Shown: positions 39,138 to 51,600 of the stretch, one piece after another
How the letters are laid out: every line of letters begins with the position of its first letter
How positions within the stretch are numbered: the stretch's first letter is position 1
Assembly (NCBI GenBank): GCA_001724265.1
Contig: MEDY01000137.1
Coordinates: 1 to 64,000 of the forward strand
Source of the DNA: Rhizaria sp. SCN 62-66
Lineage: Eukaryota
Direction: 5' to 3'
DNA: 64,000 nt
The notes under the pieces: generated by a model
What the model saw: only the letters and a program-made list of their open reading frames with translations
Databases searched by the model: none
Told to the model about the DNA's origin: nothing
Position numbers and translations under genes: made by a program

Positions 39138-40634
39138 ATGCTGTCGTCCGCCGCGGCTTCCCATCCGCACCCCACGACGCCCTGCGTCCCCGTCGCTTCC
39201 CCGACCTCTGCCCCCGCCTGTGCAGACCCGCACGTGACCGCCCTGCGCGGTTTCATTGAGCGCATGCCCAAGATGGAGCTGCACGCCCACCTCAGCGGCT
39301 CTGTGCGGACCGCGACCGTGCGCCAGCTCATCACGCAGCACTACCCTGCAGCTGAAGTCGAGGAGCAGTACCGCCTGTGCCGCCTTGTCGCCGGCGACGC
39401 GACGGAGCGCCGCACCATGAGCGAGTGCTTTGCGCTTTTCGCAGTGCTGCACAGGATCATCTCAACCGCGGACATTCTCTTTCAAGTCACGCTCGACTGC
39501 CTCGAGGATTTCGTCTTTGGCGACCGAGTGATGTATTTGGAGCTCCGCACGACTCCACGCGCTCTGCTGAACCCTGCCACGGGCGAGAGCAGCAAACAGT
39601 TCTACCTGGAGACTGTGTTTGCAGCGTTCAAGCTCTTTAGCGACGCCGTCTCTCACTACAACACTGTTCTCGACACTGACTCTGAGAGCAGTCGCACTGA
39701 TGCTGTTGCTGCTGCTGTTGCTGCTGCTGCTGCTACTGCTGCTGCTGCTGCTGCTGACGCGTCTCAGCTCTACCCACCCGCGCGCCCCGCCTCCGCGGCC
39801 GCGCTTGCTGCTGCCTTCCGCGACCGCCACGGCGCCGGCGCGGCCTCCCACTTCCAGGCGGCTTCGCTTCTGATCTCGGTCGACCGGTCCGCCTCCGTGG
39901 CCGACGCTGAGGCCACAGTCGCGCTCGCAGCGCAACTCCGCGCCCACGGTCACCCCGTCGCCGGCATCGACCTCAGCGGCAACCCGTTCTCCAAGACTTT
40001 CGCCGACTTTGCCCCCGCGCTCACCACAGCGAAACAGCAACACGCACTGCCGGTCACTCTGCACTTCGCCGAGACGGACAGCGCCGCCGACGCCGACGGA
40101 ATGCTGGCGTTCGCGCCGGACCGGCTGGGACACGCCGCGCTGCTAACCCCGGAGCTGTTCCGCCGCGTGCGCGCCTCGGCCGCGCCCGTCGAGGTCTGCC
40201 TCACATCGAACCTGCTGTGTAAGCTGCACGCGAGTCTTGACACACACCCGTTTCTGTCGTTCCACAGCCAGAAACACGTATGGCTGCCGTGTACCGATGA
40301 TATGGGCGTGTTTGGCTCCACGCTCAACGACGAATGGACGCTGCTTCTTGCGCAGCCGGGCTTCCAGTATCAGGCGGCGGCGGTTTGCGCAAGCGAGAGC
40401 AACAAAGCAGCTGCAACAGCACCAGAGAGCAAGACTCTATCTTCTGAGGACACTTGCGCTGCTGCTGTCAGCGGTTTGACTGCGGCGGAGGACGCTGTTC
40501 TGCTGCTGAAGCGGAAGAAGGCGCTGGTGCGGGTGGCGATGCGCGGCGTGACGGCGTGCTTCTGCGCGCCCCCGCAGCGCGCGAAGTTGCTGCAGGCACT
40601 CGAGGCGTTCTACAAGGCTGAGTTGCTTGATTGA
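39138..40634 (+). CDS. ADAL: Adenosine deaminase-like protein (ADAL/MAPDA, N6-methyl-AMP deaminase family)
   Basis: MPKMELHAHLSGS, YLELRTTPR, GIDLSGNP, TLHFAE, DRLGHA, VEVCLTSN, CTDDMGVF. Ends in TGA. Confidence 0.9.
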   Translation: MLSSAAASHPHPTTPCVPVASPTSAPACADPHVTALRGFIERMPKMELHAHLSGSVRTATVRQLITQHYPAAEVEEQYRLCRLVAGDATERRTMSECFALFAVLHRIISTADILFQVTLDCLEDFVFGDRVMYLELRTTPRALLNPATGESSKQFYLETVFAAFKLFSDAVSHYNTVLDTDSESSRTDAVAAAVAAAAATAAAAAADASQLYPPARPASAAALAAAFRDRHGAGAASHFQAASLLISVDRSASVADAEATVALAAQLRAHGHPVAGIDLSGNPFSKTFADFAPALTTAKQQHALPVTLHFAETDSAADADGMLAFAPDRLGHAALLTPELFRRVRASAAPVEVCLTSNLLCKLHASLDTHPFLSFHSQKHVWLPCTDDMGVFGSTLNDEWTLLLAQPGFQYQAAAVCASESNKAAATAPESKTLSSEDTCAAAVSGLTAAEDAVLLLKRKKALVRVAMRGVTACFCAPPQRAKLLQALEAFYKAELLD

Positions 40635-41307
40635 AAGCAAACTGCGAATCCATCTACCTAGACCCTTATATGGCCATGTTGAGTGATATTTATTATGTAT
40701 ACCTTAGAGCAATATACATCTTAACTTTTACTGGTGCATATTCCCCCATTGGTGCTTGTTTTTCTCTCTATGCGAGCGTGAACTTTAACTTGGCGCCTTC
40801 GCAGCCAAGTCTCTCGAATCAGGCTTGTGTGGTCGATATGATCAAGAGCTATTCCGCCACAATAAGTGTGTATATGTGACAATGAGTAACATATTTGTGT
40901 GAGGTGCTAGTTGGTTTATACTTTCTTAAAATGATACCGACATATTCAACCTATTTGTTGAGTTAAAGACAGTCTGAATCACTCCACGTTCTGAGCGAAG
41001 TTCTGGTCCAATTCGGCCTGACCGTTTCGACTTGTAGTGTTCACCGCACGGACACAAACAAGAGTTTAGAAATTGATTTAGTCAGATTTATTGCTATATC
41101 ATATGTTTGCATTGTTCATACTGCTTTCGACGATCAGGAATAGTCTCATATTTCATGCATTGTGACCTCAACCTTCGCTCGTTTGAGCCACCTTCTGCAT
41201 CCTAATCGTATCAACCCACATCTCCCTCCCTTAACCGTAACAACCACACCCACGAACACTTTCTCTTGGTTTACATTCTTTGTTTGTGCGCTGGCTTGCA
41301 GTTCATA

Positions 41308-44291
41308 ATGGGTTGCGGCGCGTCCAGCGAGGCCGGCGTGCTGACCAACAGCGCGCTCACCGAGGCCGTTACCGCGCGCCTTTACAAGGCAACGGCGGCC
41401 AACACCGTCTTCCTCTTCGGCGCCGAGACGCCCGAGACAGAGCGCCACTACGCGCAGCATCTCGTCGACCGCTTCGCGTTTGTCCATATCGATGCCGCTG
41501 CCGTCATTGCCGCCGCCGCCGCCGCCGCCGCCGCCGCCTCTGCTGCTGCTGCCCCTGCTTCTGGCAGTAGCCCTGAGGAGCCCGCTGCCTCTGCTGCCAC
41601 CGCTGCTCTTGACGCTGAGGCCGCTGCTGCCTCCACCGCCGCATCGGCCGTCTTCGATGCCCTCCGCGCGCGCCCCGCCGGCTCCCTCTCCGTGGTGACC
41701 TGTTTCCCTATGACTCTGCCGCACCTCAAAGCGTGGGTGTCCCTCTCGAAGCAGCCCGTGCCTAAGGACGCCGCCGCGGGCGTGCTGCCCCACCTCGCAC
41801 TGGCGCTGCAGCTCGACTGCGACCGCGCACAGCCCGACTCGCCCGCCGCCGCCATCGCCGCCGCGTTTGCGCAGATCGGCGTGCTCCGCCGCCTCCCCTC
41901 CGGCATCCCCCCCGAGCGCGGGGTCGGGCTCCTCTACCGCGCCGCGCTAGACCTCACCGCCGCCGCCACGGCGCTGCCCGCGCCCGGCCTCTCGCTGGCC
42001 GTCACGCCGGCGTCGGCGCCGCTTGAGGTGATTTTCGTCGTCGCGGCGCCCGGCGCGCAGAAGAAGGAGCTGTGCGACCAGCTGGCTTCGCTGGCGCCCA
42101 ATTGCGAACACATCTCGGTCGGCGACGAGCTTAAGTCGGCCATTGCCGCCACCACAAACGCCAGCGCGAGCGCTTCTGCAGCGGCGGGCACTGGCTCTAC
42201 AAGCAAGAGCAACAACAACAAAGAGAGTCACAACAAGGATGGTGCCAGTGCGAACGGTCCTTCGTCGCCGGTGCTCTCGGCCGCCGACGCCGCCGCCGTG
42301 GCCGCCGCGCTCGAGTCAGGGGCCCTCGTCCCGTCCGAGGCCGCTGTGGCGGTGCTGTCCGCCGCCATCCGCGCGCGCGCCGAGCAGGGCCGCCGCTGCT
42401 TCGTCGTCTCCGGCTTCCCGCGCGGCCCCGAGGACCGTGCGTTGTGGGAGCGGGCGCACGCCGGCGTGCTGTCCCCGGCCGCCACCGTGGTTGTCAACCC
42501 GCCGCCCGGGGAGGACGCCGCGGCCGCCGCCAAGACCGCACTTGCGGCGCGCCACAGCGATGCGCCCGCCGTCGCCGCGGCCAAGCTCGCCGCCTGGGAA
42601 GGACAGACGGTGCCCGCACTTGCCGCGGCCGAGGGCGAGCCAGGCGCCGGGGGCGTCGTCCGTGTCCCCGCGGTCTCCCAAGACAGGGGCGTCGCCGCCG
42701 TCGCCAACGCGGTCCGCCGCGCGCTGCTCGGTGCGGGCGCGCCGCTGCCGGCCGGGAAGGAGGAGATCGAAACCACGTATGCGATGATCAAGCCCGACGC
42801 CGTTGCGGCCGGGTACACCGAGGCCATCATCGCGCGGATCACCGCCGCGGGGTTCTCGATCGCCGCTCGCCAGGTAAGGAATCACAACATTTAAATCAGC
42901 ATGTTTATATTATATATTTTAGTTTTTTGTATCATTACGCAAAGTTTTTTCTGTATAACTTGTGTTTTCATCGATATGTCGTCATTTTTGTTGTTTTGTG
43001 CGCAGGACTTGACCCTGACCGAGGAGCAGGCCAAGGCTTTTTACAAAGAGCACGCTGCTCGTCCTTTCTACCACTCCCTCGTGCAGTTCATGTGCTCGGG
43101 CCCCATCGTCGCGCTTGCGCTGCGCCGCAAGGGTGCTATTCTCGGCTGGCGCAAGCTCGCTGGACCGACCAACTCGCACCGTGCGCGCGCCATTGCGCCC
43201 AACTCGCTCCGCGCGACCTTCGGTAAGTTACTTTACTATTTCCATGAAAAATCAATGATCTATTATTGAACTCTAACAAAACTAAGCAAGTAGATGTAAC
43301 GTGTGTTTGTGCATTATTCTGCATACTATTATCTCATTTTACTTCAAACTGCGTGTTAAATCCATTTTTTGTTGTTGTTGCAGGCCTCGACGGTAGCCTG
43401 AACGCGGTGCACGGGTCCGACTCGCGCCACTCGGCTAACACCGAGCTCTCCCTCATCTTCGGCCAGTCGCTCCCACCTGGCACGCTCAACGCACTCCGCG
43501 GCTACCGGCTGATCCTCGCGGGCGGGCCGGCGTCTGGCAAGGGCACGCAGGCCGAGCTTCTCCGTGATCAGCTCGGCGTCGTCCATATCTCCACCGGGGA
43601 GCTGCTCCGTGACGAGAAGAAGAAGGGAACTCCGCTTGGCCTCAAGGCCGCGACCTACGCCGAGCAGGGTCAACTCGTGCCCGATGACGTCATGATCCCG
43701 CTCGTGCTGCAACGCGTGTCGGCACCAGACTGCGCGCGCCGCGGCTGGCTGCTCGACGGATTCCCCCGCACCGCCGCGCAGGTACGCTCATAAAAACGCA
43801 ATTATTTCACACGTAATGTTCTCTCTTCCGGTTATTATTTGTATTTACATGTTTCAATTTGTGTTATCTATCTGCTATATTATTTTTGTTTCACTAAGCT
43901 CACATCTGTGTGTTCTATTACTCGTTTTCTCTTTTGTTCTTGCTTCTGTGCTTAGGCCCGTGCTCTGCGTGCCGCGGGGCTCGAGGCCGACGTCTGCGTG
44001 GTCATCTCCGTGCCTGACGAAGTCCTGGTGGAGCGCGTCGCCGGCCGCGTCATGGACAAGAAGACGGGCATTATCTACCACGAGAAGTACAATCCCCCGC
44101 CCGAGGGCATAGAACTCGAGAAGCGTGCCGACGACACGGAAGAGAAGGCTCGTGCGCGCATTGCGACGTTCAAGAACAACGTCAGCGAGGTCAAGGAGGT
44201 GTTCGGGGATATCGTCGTCGTGATTCGTGGTGACCGGGATAAGAAGGCTGTGTTCGAGGAGGTGCTGGAGCAGCTGCCCGCGGCACTTTAA
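41308..44291 (+). CDS. Acylated multidomain nucleotide kinase: degenerate AK-like domains + NDP kinase + adenylate kinase; exons about 41308-42873, 43006-43222, 43384-43781, 43956-44291
   Basis: MGCGASS start. Degenerate AK segments (APGAQKKELC..HISVGDEL..SGFPR). NDK TYAMIKPDAV..FMCSGP..GPTNS..NAVHGSDS. AK GGPASGKGTQ..HISTGELLR..WLLDGFPRT. Ends in TAA. Confidence 0.9.
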
Positions 44292-44531
44292 GTACTCGAA
44301 TACCCCAATATGAAGTACTTGCTAGTTGCTAGTTAGTCGCTTTGCGGGTCATAACGAGTTGAAAGCAGTCATCACAACGTGAGGTTGCGTTAGCGGCGTA
44401 AAGAATCTTAGTTTTAGAAGAAATCAAGGAGTATCTTTTCTATGTTTTTGGATCGGTCCTAAAGAAACAAATATATTTTGATATACGATTGAATAATACA
44501 TTGTACACATTATTTCATGTCTGTATTTGTG

Positions 44532-45470
44532 ATGATGTACTACGTAACTACGTATCATGACGCATGCGACACGCGACTTACAGATTACTCGTAGTACATG
44601 TATTAATATTAATATGTTAATATACTATTACTTTGAGTACTTTGTTGTACATTTATTAGTATAAAATGCTAAATACATAGCACTTACTTTCTATTTCGCC
44701 AGTGGTCATTGCCATTCGTCGGATACCAATGGTTGTGGCTACCTGGTTACGTACGGTTATGGTTGATGACTTGTCTTGAAATAAAAAAAAGTCTTAGAAT
44801 TGTTGAGTAACTTTGCAGTCACGTCCACGGCTACCGAAGGGAGGAATATGGGACAAGGACCCAATGCTTAAGCAAGGCAATTCATGACTGTGGAAGACTG
44901 ACCATAGTTAATGGCTTCTCACCTGTTACTGTGAACCCCTTGAACGAAAGAGCGATGCGTCAAATTATGGGCAGCAAGGTAACGGGTGTGCACAGCCAGC
45001 GCGTTATGAGTGCATTAATGAGCCACCTTGACAATTAGTTGTTGCAGAAACGTCTGGCTGGGCTTGCTGCCGCTGCAGCTCAGTTTGGCAAGTGTCTGGA
45101 CGAGGAGCTTAACTATTATGTCAATGAAACAAAAGTCATGACTGAAAAATCGATCGGGCAGCTGGTTAAACGTGCATTTGACAAAACTTACGATGAGTTC
45201 AAGAATCACATCGATGAGTATCACGCGAATGAGTATCACGCGAAAGAATGCAAAAAGCAGCGGGACGATGTGAATCGCGCTCTTGTTCTCAGTCGCGAAT
45301 CGTATGAGGGTGGTAAGAAGTGCCTTGATGCTGAGCGTGAAACGGAGAATGTTTACAATCATGTCACCGGCGAGGGAAATATTGAGCAGAATGCGTCAGT
45401 TGATGGCAATCTGGAATCTCCTCACAGTGACAATGACCTGGAAACCGCTATATATAATTTGGATGCGTGA
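44532..45470 (+). CDS. Low-GC orphan gene; 5' exon structure uncertain
   Basis: 143-codon ORF at 45039-45470. The same frame is open from 44819 apart from one TAG at 45036. Candidate upstream exons 44532-44593 and 44703-44750 have consistent phases. No recognisable motif. Confidence 0.4.
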
Positions 45471-46127
45471 TGAATGTGGGCAACTCAGTTGACAACGCAA
45501 TGTTTTTTCTAAACGGACCAATGATATGGAGAAACGTTGCATCAACACTAACACACAACAACAATTGTGACTGCAAACTAATGCGTTGAGAGACTCCGCT
45601 ATTTGTGGGCAAACACATGTCTGTGTTGGTGTGTTTGATGTCAGGTCTGTCGTGCGTATATTATATCTACGTACTGACTGTAACAAGTAAATATGAACTC
45701 GTAAGTTAGCTTTCATGTTTTATCGTATACCTGTACAGTGTTATGAGTTCTGTTGTTTGGTTAATTTTGTAATGTCAGTTTTTATTCGTAACTTCAAATT
45801 GAAATCAAAAAGTCACTTTAAATGCTGGTGTCATCTCAGTAAGTATCTTAAATGCAATCTCTATATAATAACTCGATCATATCGTCGTTCATCACGGCAA
45901 ACATCGCATGTCTTAAGACTGATTCTCATTGATTCTGCTGGTGTAGAGACTGTATTTTCAAAACATGCAAACTAACTCAAATGTTAACTACAGGAAATGA
46001 GCTCTCTCAAATAAACGATGACCATAATGTACCAAGATAAACACCGGACCTGCATAACGATATGCTAACATCTTTGTTCCCGTGTTTTTGTTTACATTTA
46101 CGGTTATGTTATTATAATACAGTATAT

Positions 46128-48173
46128 TCACATGGGCATGGGCGGGGGCACGCCGTTCTCGAACCGCCCGAGCCCGAGCCACGCTAAGTCAGGCCGTGGC
46201 TTAACTTCCACCAGGTCCGCGATCGCAGCGCCGATGGCGGAGGCGAACTTAAACCCGTGTCCGGCGCAGGCGGAGACGAAGACGGCGCGCGGGGCGGCCT
46301 CGAGCTGGGCAGCGGCGCCCGCGGCGAGCTCAGCCTCCTCTGCAGTCAGTGGAGTCGCAGTTTGAGAGTCAGCGGCGGAGCTCTGTGACGCGAGAGTGGA
46401 CGCAAGCGGGGGCGCGATGGGAGCGACAGCAGAAGCAGCAGCAGCAGCAGACACAGTCTCGTCGTTTCTGGCGGTCTTGATCTTGCTCTTGATGGGGACG
46501 AGCGGGAACGAGTCGATGATGAAGTGGCTGTCAGGCGTGTTGGTGAACATGCACGTAACGCTCTTGACGTGATTCGCAGGGCATCCCGCCACCGCGCCGT
46601 ACGTGCCGTGCTTGTCCGCCTTGTCCGCAGCCTTGGCCGCCGCGATGGACTCGGCCTCGGCGTCCTCGGCGCTGACGTTGCCGCTGGCCAAAGTCATCGC
46701 TGCAAGCTTCTCTAGAGCACTGAACGCACTGTTGTCGACGGCGTTCACAGCGCCCGTGGAGATCGTTGTCTTACTGTCGGCACCGCTGCTCTTGTTGTTA
46801 GTCTCGGCAGAGTTGGTGTCGCAAGTTAAGCCGGGGAAGAGCGTGTTAATGAGCACGGTCTGCGTGTCGATGTCGGCCTTGCTGACGCTGCGCTGCACTT
46901 CGAGCGGGTCCGCGACGGCCTCGAGCAGGTGGTTGTAGCGCGCGAGCTTGAATGCGTTGTCGGGGCCGAAGACGGGGAAGCCGTAGTAGTACCCTCCTTG
47001 GCCACCGTCCGTGACGCCGGGCGGCGCGGGCGCGATGCTGGGGTCCAAGTGGGCGATGAAGATGGGGAAGCGAGTGTGGTCGTACTTGTCCAAGTACTCA
47101 GGGCGCGGCTTATACCATGTGACCACCTGGCGCTCCACCACGAGAGACTCGATCGCAGTCCTGAGGGCACGGGGCAGCGTCACAGCAGTCGGGACAGGAG
47201 CAACGCCGGACTTTTCAGTCGTCTCGGCCTCAGCCTCAGTCTTAGCAGTCTCAGGGGTAGGCTCAGTCTTAGGCGCCTCAGACTTGTCCTCACACTTGTT
47301 TTCATTTGCGGGCGTGAGATTTGCAGTCGTGAACTGAAGCGCAGTCTTGGCGGTGGCTGCGAAAGTCGCGTTGGCAAACACGCTGGCCTTGGTCATGGCC
47401 TGTGTCGTCCAGGGCCCCGCCGAAAAGACCACCTTCTTCGCGCGAAATGTGCCCTGGGTAGTGGACACGGCCACCTCCTCGCCGCCGGCCGCAAGCGTGA
47501 CGTCGGTCACCTCGCAGCCGAGACGCGCGCGCGCGCCATGGGTCTGCGCAAGAACGTAGTGCGCCTCGATGCAGCGCTCGGGCGCGAGGATGCCCGCGTC
47601 GCGCTGGTACACCGCAACGTAGCCTTCGGGCAGCGTGAGACCAGGAAACCGCTCAGCAGTCTCGGCCGCAGAGAGGACCTCGTGGGGCAAGGAATGCTCG
47701 GTGCAGGCGCGGATCGCGCCGACCACGCCGGCGTCGTCACGCTGGCCGATGTCAAGCCCACCCGTGTAGTGCAGCAGCTTGGCCTTGGTCTCCGCCTCGA
47801 GCTCGTGCCACAGCGCGTAGGACTCCTGCAGCAGAGGCACGTACGCAGGGTGCTCCCAGTACGCCTTGCGGATGATGCGGGACTCGCCGTGGGACGACCC
47901 GCGCGCGTGCGCAACGTGCGGAAAACGCTCAATGCCGAGCACCTTAAGCCCGCGGCGCGCGCAGTGGTACAGCGCAGCTGAGCCCATGGCGCCGAGGCCG
48001 ATGATGATGACGTCGTGGAGAGTGTTTTGGTCGGCAGTGGAGTCCACGGGGAGCGGGCTGGGCCTGGAGCCAGGCTCATCGCGCATGGGGGTCAGGTAGT
48101 CGCGAGCGGTCGGCACAGGGACGGACATGGGTCGCGGAGGGGACTGCAGGTGTGATTTTAGTTGATGTGACAT
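46128..48173 (-). CDS. Monomeric sarcosine oxidase / N-methyltryptophan oxidase / pipecolate oxidase family flavoprotein
   Basis: DVIIIGLGAMGSAALY, GSSHGESRIIRKAY, CMFTNTPDSHFIID, SACAGHGFKFASAIG. Intronless; ends in TGA. Confidence 0.92.
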   Translation of the reverse strand: MSHQLKSHLQSPPRPMSVPVPTARDYLTPMRDEPGSRPSPLPVDSTADQNTLHDVIIIGLGAMGSAALYHCARRGLKVLGIERFPHVAHARGSSHGESRIIRKAYWEHPAYVPLLQESYALWHELEAETKAKLLHYTGGLDIGQRDDAGVVGAIRACTEHSLPHEVLSAAETAERFPGLTLPEGYVAVYQRDAGILAPERCIEAHYVLAQTHGARARLGCEVTDVTLAAGGEEVAVSTTQGTFRAKKVVFSAGPWTTQAMTKASVFANATFAATAKTALQFTTANLTPANENKCEDKSEAPKTEPTPETAKTEAEAETTEKSGVAPVPTAVTLPRALRTAIESLVVERQVVTWYKPRPEYLDKYDHTRFPIFIAHLDPSIAPAPPGVTDGGQGGYYYGFPVFGPDNAFKLARYNHLLEAVADPLEVQRSVSKADIDTQTVLINTLFPGLTCDTNSAETNNKSSGADSKTTISTGAVNAVDNSAFSALEKLAAMTLASGNVSAEDAEAESIAAAKAADKADKHGTYGAVAGCPANHVKSVTCMFTNTPDSHFIIDSFPLVPIKSKIKTARNDETVSAAAAASAVAPIAPPLASTLASQSSAADSQTATPLTAEEAELAAGAAAQLEAAPRAVFVSACAGHGFKFASAIGAAIADLVEVKPRPDLAWLGLGRFENGVPPPMPM

Positions 48174-48680
48174 TGGATGGCAGCGATGAGGAAAGGGAGC
48201 ACGTGCGAAAAGAACGCAAGATGCGAGTGAGATGAAACCAAGATTTAGGCACTCAACGTGAATATCTCGTTGCGTATTAATTCAGTATAGTATTGAAAAT
48301 TGCATATGGCTTTTGGATTCGGTTGAAAATTTCAATTTAAGGATGCGTAACAACATGTTTAAACCCAAGATAGAACGCACTTCGGACCTCGTTTTGCGTT
48401 TGTGGTGGACCAGCGATTTTGGCGACTGTGGTCTGCTTTCACTCACGCGGACCCGACATCTTGCACGCGTAGGTGAACAGCCACAACATCGACAGATCTC
48501 TGTGATTTCAACTTATACAACAGAAAGCTCACTATTCTATACGGATAAATTGTTTTTATCTCTTTAGTCCCTACTTTTCTCTTGCTGCACTCATTCCCGC
48601 CGAAGCTTGATCTCACTGATAAAGAGACCCATCCCAAAGCTTTCCCCGCGCGTCCCCTCCGCGACCACTCAGCGCAGCTC

Positions 48681-51600
48681 ATGCAAGGGCTGCCGCGCAC
48701 ATTTGAGGCAGGATGCGCGCCCATTATGCGTCTGGACTCGGACCAGCTCCACGTGAGCTACATTTCAGACGAACTGTACGGCCATGTGATGCTTGGACTT
48801 GCCGGCCTCACGCCTGGTGATGCCGTCAACCTCAAGCTCATCGCTCCTTCCAACGCCGCGTCCGCCTCCGGTGCGACGGGGAGCTTCGCGACAGCAGCAC
48901 CGGGGACAGCTGTGGCTGGGGCGGCAGCGCCGGTGCTCGCTGGCGGCAGCCCGTTCGGCTCGTTTCTCGGTCTCACTTCAGGTTCATCCACATTATCAGC
49001 CAGTGGGATCTCAGCAGGTACTGCCTCGTCGTCCTCGTCGTCGCTCGTCTCGCAGCAGTGGCCGCCCGTTCCGTCCTACAGCGATACCGTGACTGACGGC
49101 ACGCTCGACTACCACTACCAGCGTATCCTCCAGAACTCCGCGCTGCCCGAAGCCGACGCCCTCGCGCAGCTCGACAACTTCGCCACAGTGCCGCTCGACG
49201 TGCTCCAGGCGTCGCAAAACCGCAATGCGCTGCAGGAGCGGCTGCAGGCCATGGGCGCGCTTGCGATGTTTAACCTGAAGGAGTCTGAGAGCGGCCACTT
49301 CCCCCCGGGGTTCAAGTTCGACTGGACGATCACTCTGACGTACCACGGCCGCGAGCTCTCTGCCACGGGCTACGCCAAGGACAACAAGAAGAACGCGAAG
49401 CAGGCCGCCGCGTACATTATGCGGCGCAAGATCGCGTACATCGACGACGTGCGGTTTAACCATGACAGCTCCCGCGAGCTCTACACGTGCACTAAGGCCC
49501 CCTCTGTCATGGTGTCAAAGGCGGCCGCTGTGTCCGCCGCTGTTGCTGCGGGCGCGCCCTCTTTAACCGCGATCATGGGCGGCCCCAGTGCGTTTCCGCT
49601 GGGCGCCGGGCTAAGTACCCCCTTACACTTCAACCTCGGCGGCAGCGCAGGATTGATCCCGAATCCTTTTCCTCTCACAGTCACTGGCATGACTGGCATC
49701 ACTGGCATTACTGGCCAGACGGGCGCTGGCGGCGATGGTGTCGCTGTCTTCCCTTCATCAACTGCCGCTGGCGCTGGCGCTGGCATTGGCGCTGGTTTCA
49801 GTGCCGGCCTTGGCGCCACTGCTGCTATGACAGACTTAAACGCCACACCTCCCAGTGCCGTTAACAGCAGCGGCAGCGGCAGTAGCAGCAGCAGCGGTTC
49901 CCTCCCGCTCTCGTCCTCGGGGTCAGGTGTTCCGGTACGTGTGGCCACGCGTGTGGGCGAGAAAGTGCGCGCCGCTGTCGCCGCCGCGGCCGCCGATGCG
50001 ACTGGCCCGTGGCTGGGCTCCGCTGCCGCTCACGGCCACTTGGCGGCGCTTGACGCAGTTGCCAATGATGAGAGTCGTGGCGGTCGCCAAGACCCAATCA
50101 GCAATCCCAACAACACGGTGACGCGTGTCTCTGGACTGAACTCTGCGTCTGTGATGAGTGATATCGACAACAACGAGTCCACAAGCACCGACAGCACCGA
50201 CACGAGCTCTATGCACCTAGGCAGCGGTGACGGCGAATGTTCTGCTGTTGGAACTCGCGGAACACATTGTACACGTGGGGCTGCGGTGAGTGACGAGTTC
50301 CAACAGAACGGCTATTGGCACACCTTCAACACCGTGCCAGTACCAGTGCCAGTGCCCTCATGGGTCAGTTTCGCTGCCTGCCCTCTACAACTACACCAAC
50401 ACATGACGGCAACCAACAGCAGCAGCAGCAGCAGCGATCACAGGAGCAGTGCAAGGGCTGTCGACGGGAGCACGCTTGCTGCTGATGCCGCTGCCGTGGC
50501 CGCGATCGCCCGCTCAAGCCTCAACTCTGCCGCGGTCTCCAATAGCTACAGCCCTGGCACCTCCCACGGCGCGGCCAGCGGCTCCGGCCCCCATAGTAGC
50601 AATGCCGGGGCATCCTCGGCGTCCGCAAGCCCCAGCAGCAGCGGCAGCAGCAGCGGCGGCGCATCATACGGCGGCCACCTAGCCTTGCGGGAGGCATTGG
50701 CCGAGGTTCTGACCGAAGCTTACCAGCCCTACAACAGTACAGCCAGCGCCAGCTCTGGTAGGGCAATGATGAGCGGCGCGGACGCTGCCGTCGCCGCGGC
50801 CTCCATAGTCTCAGCGGCTGACTTAGTGGCTGTGCAGGGCGGGTACTTACCCGCGCTAAGGGCAGTGCTGCACGCGCTTGTCACCATGGACAACACGACG
50901 ACGCGTAAGTGTACCCGCGGCAAGAAGTCTAAGGGCCACTCGTCGAGCCCGAGTCAAGAAGCCACTGACAACTGCAAGACCGAGTCAAACAGCGCCAACA
51001 ACAGCAGCAGCACAAGCAGTAGCAGTTCCATGTGTTCCGGTGGTACCGGTGACACCGCCGAGGAACGCGAGGAACCTGTGACCGTGCTTGTCCAAGAGCC
51101 CTGCAAGCCTGAGACTCTGCAGCTGCTCGCCTCGCTCCGCATCACACCTATCCCAATCCCTCTCTTGCTCCCCAGCCTCAACAGCAACAACAACATCAGC
51201 TCTAGCTCTAGCGCGAGTGCGACTTTTGGCAATAATGATATCGCTCTGCTCACGGCCACCTTGGGCTCGGCCACGTTGCCACCTCCGGATTTCGCACAGC
51301 TCCCCGAGCTCCTCGCGCTGCATCGCCCACGTGCCGTGCTGCTTAGCTCCGGCGGCGGCCCCCACGGCCACGGTGGCGCTGCGCTCGCCCCCGAGAAGCT
51401 CTGGTCCGTTCTGTCGGCCGCAGTCTCGGCCGGATGCTGGGTCGTGGTGGACGAGAGCGGGGATTTGCAGACGGCGGCGGGCGCGACCGAGATGGGGGTC
51501 TCGCTGAACCCGCAGCCAATCGCGTCGGATAACGCCAGTAGCAGTGCCAGCGCCAGTGCCCGTGTCAGCGCTAGTGCCTGTGTGGACGCGAATGATGTGG

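Noticed and set aside
2121-44291. Apparent cluster of basal-body/flagellar genes (SAS4, GAS8, SCLT1-like, AK/NDK)
   Set aside because: They are interspersed with unrelated genes, which is compatible with chance in a flagellate genome.
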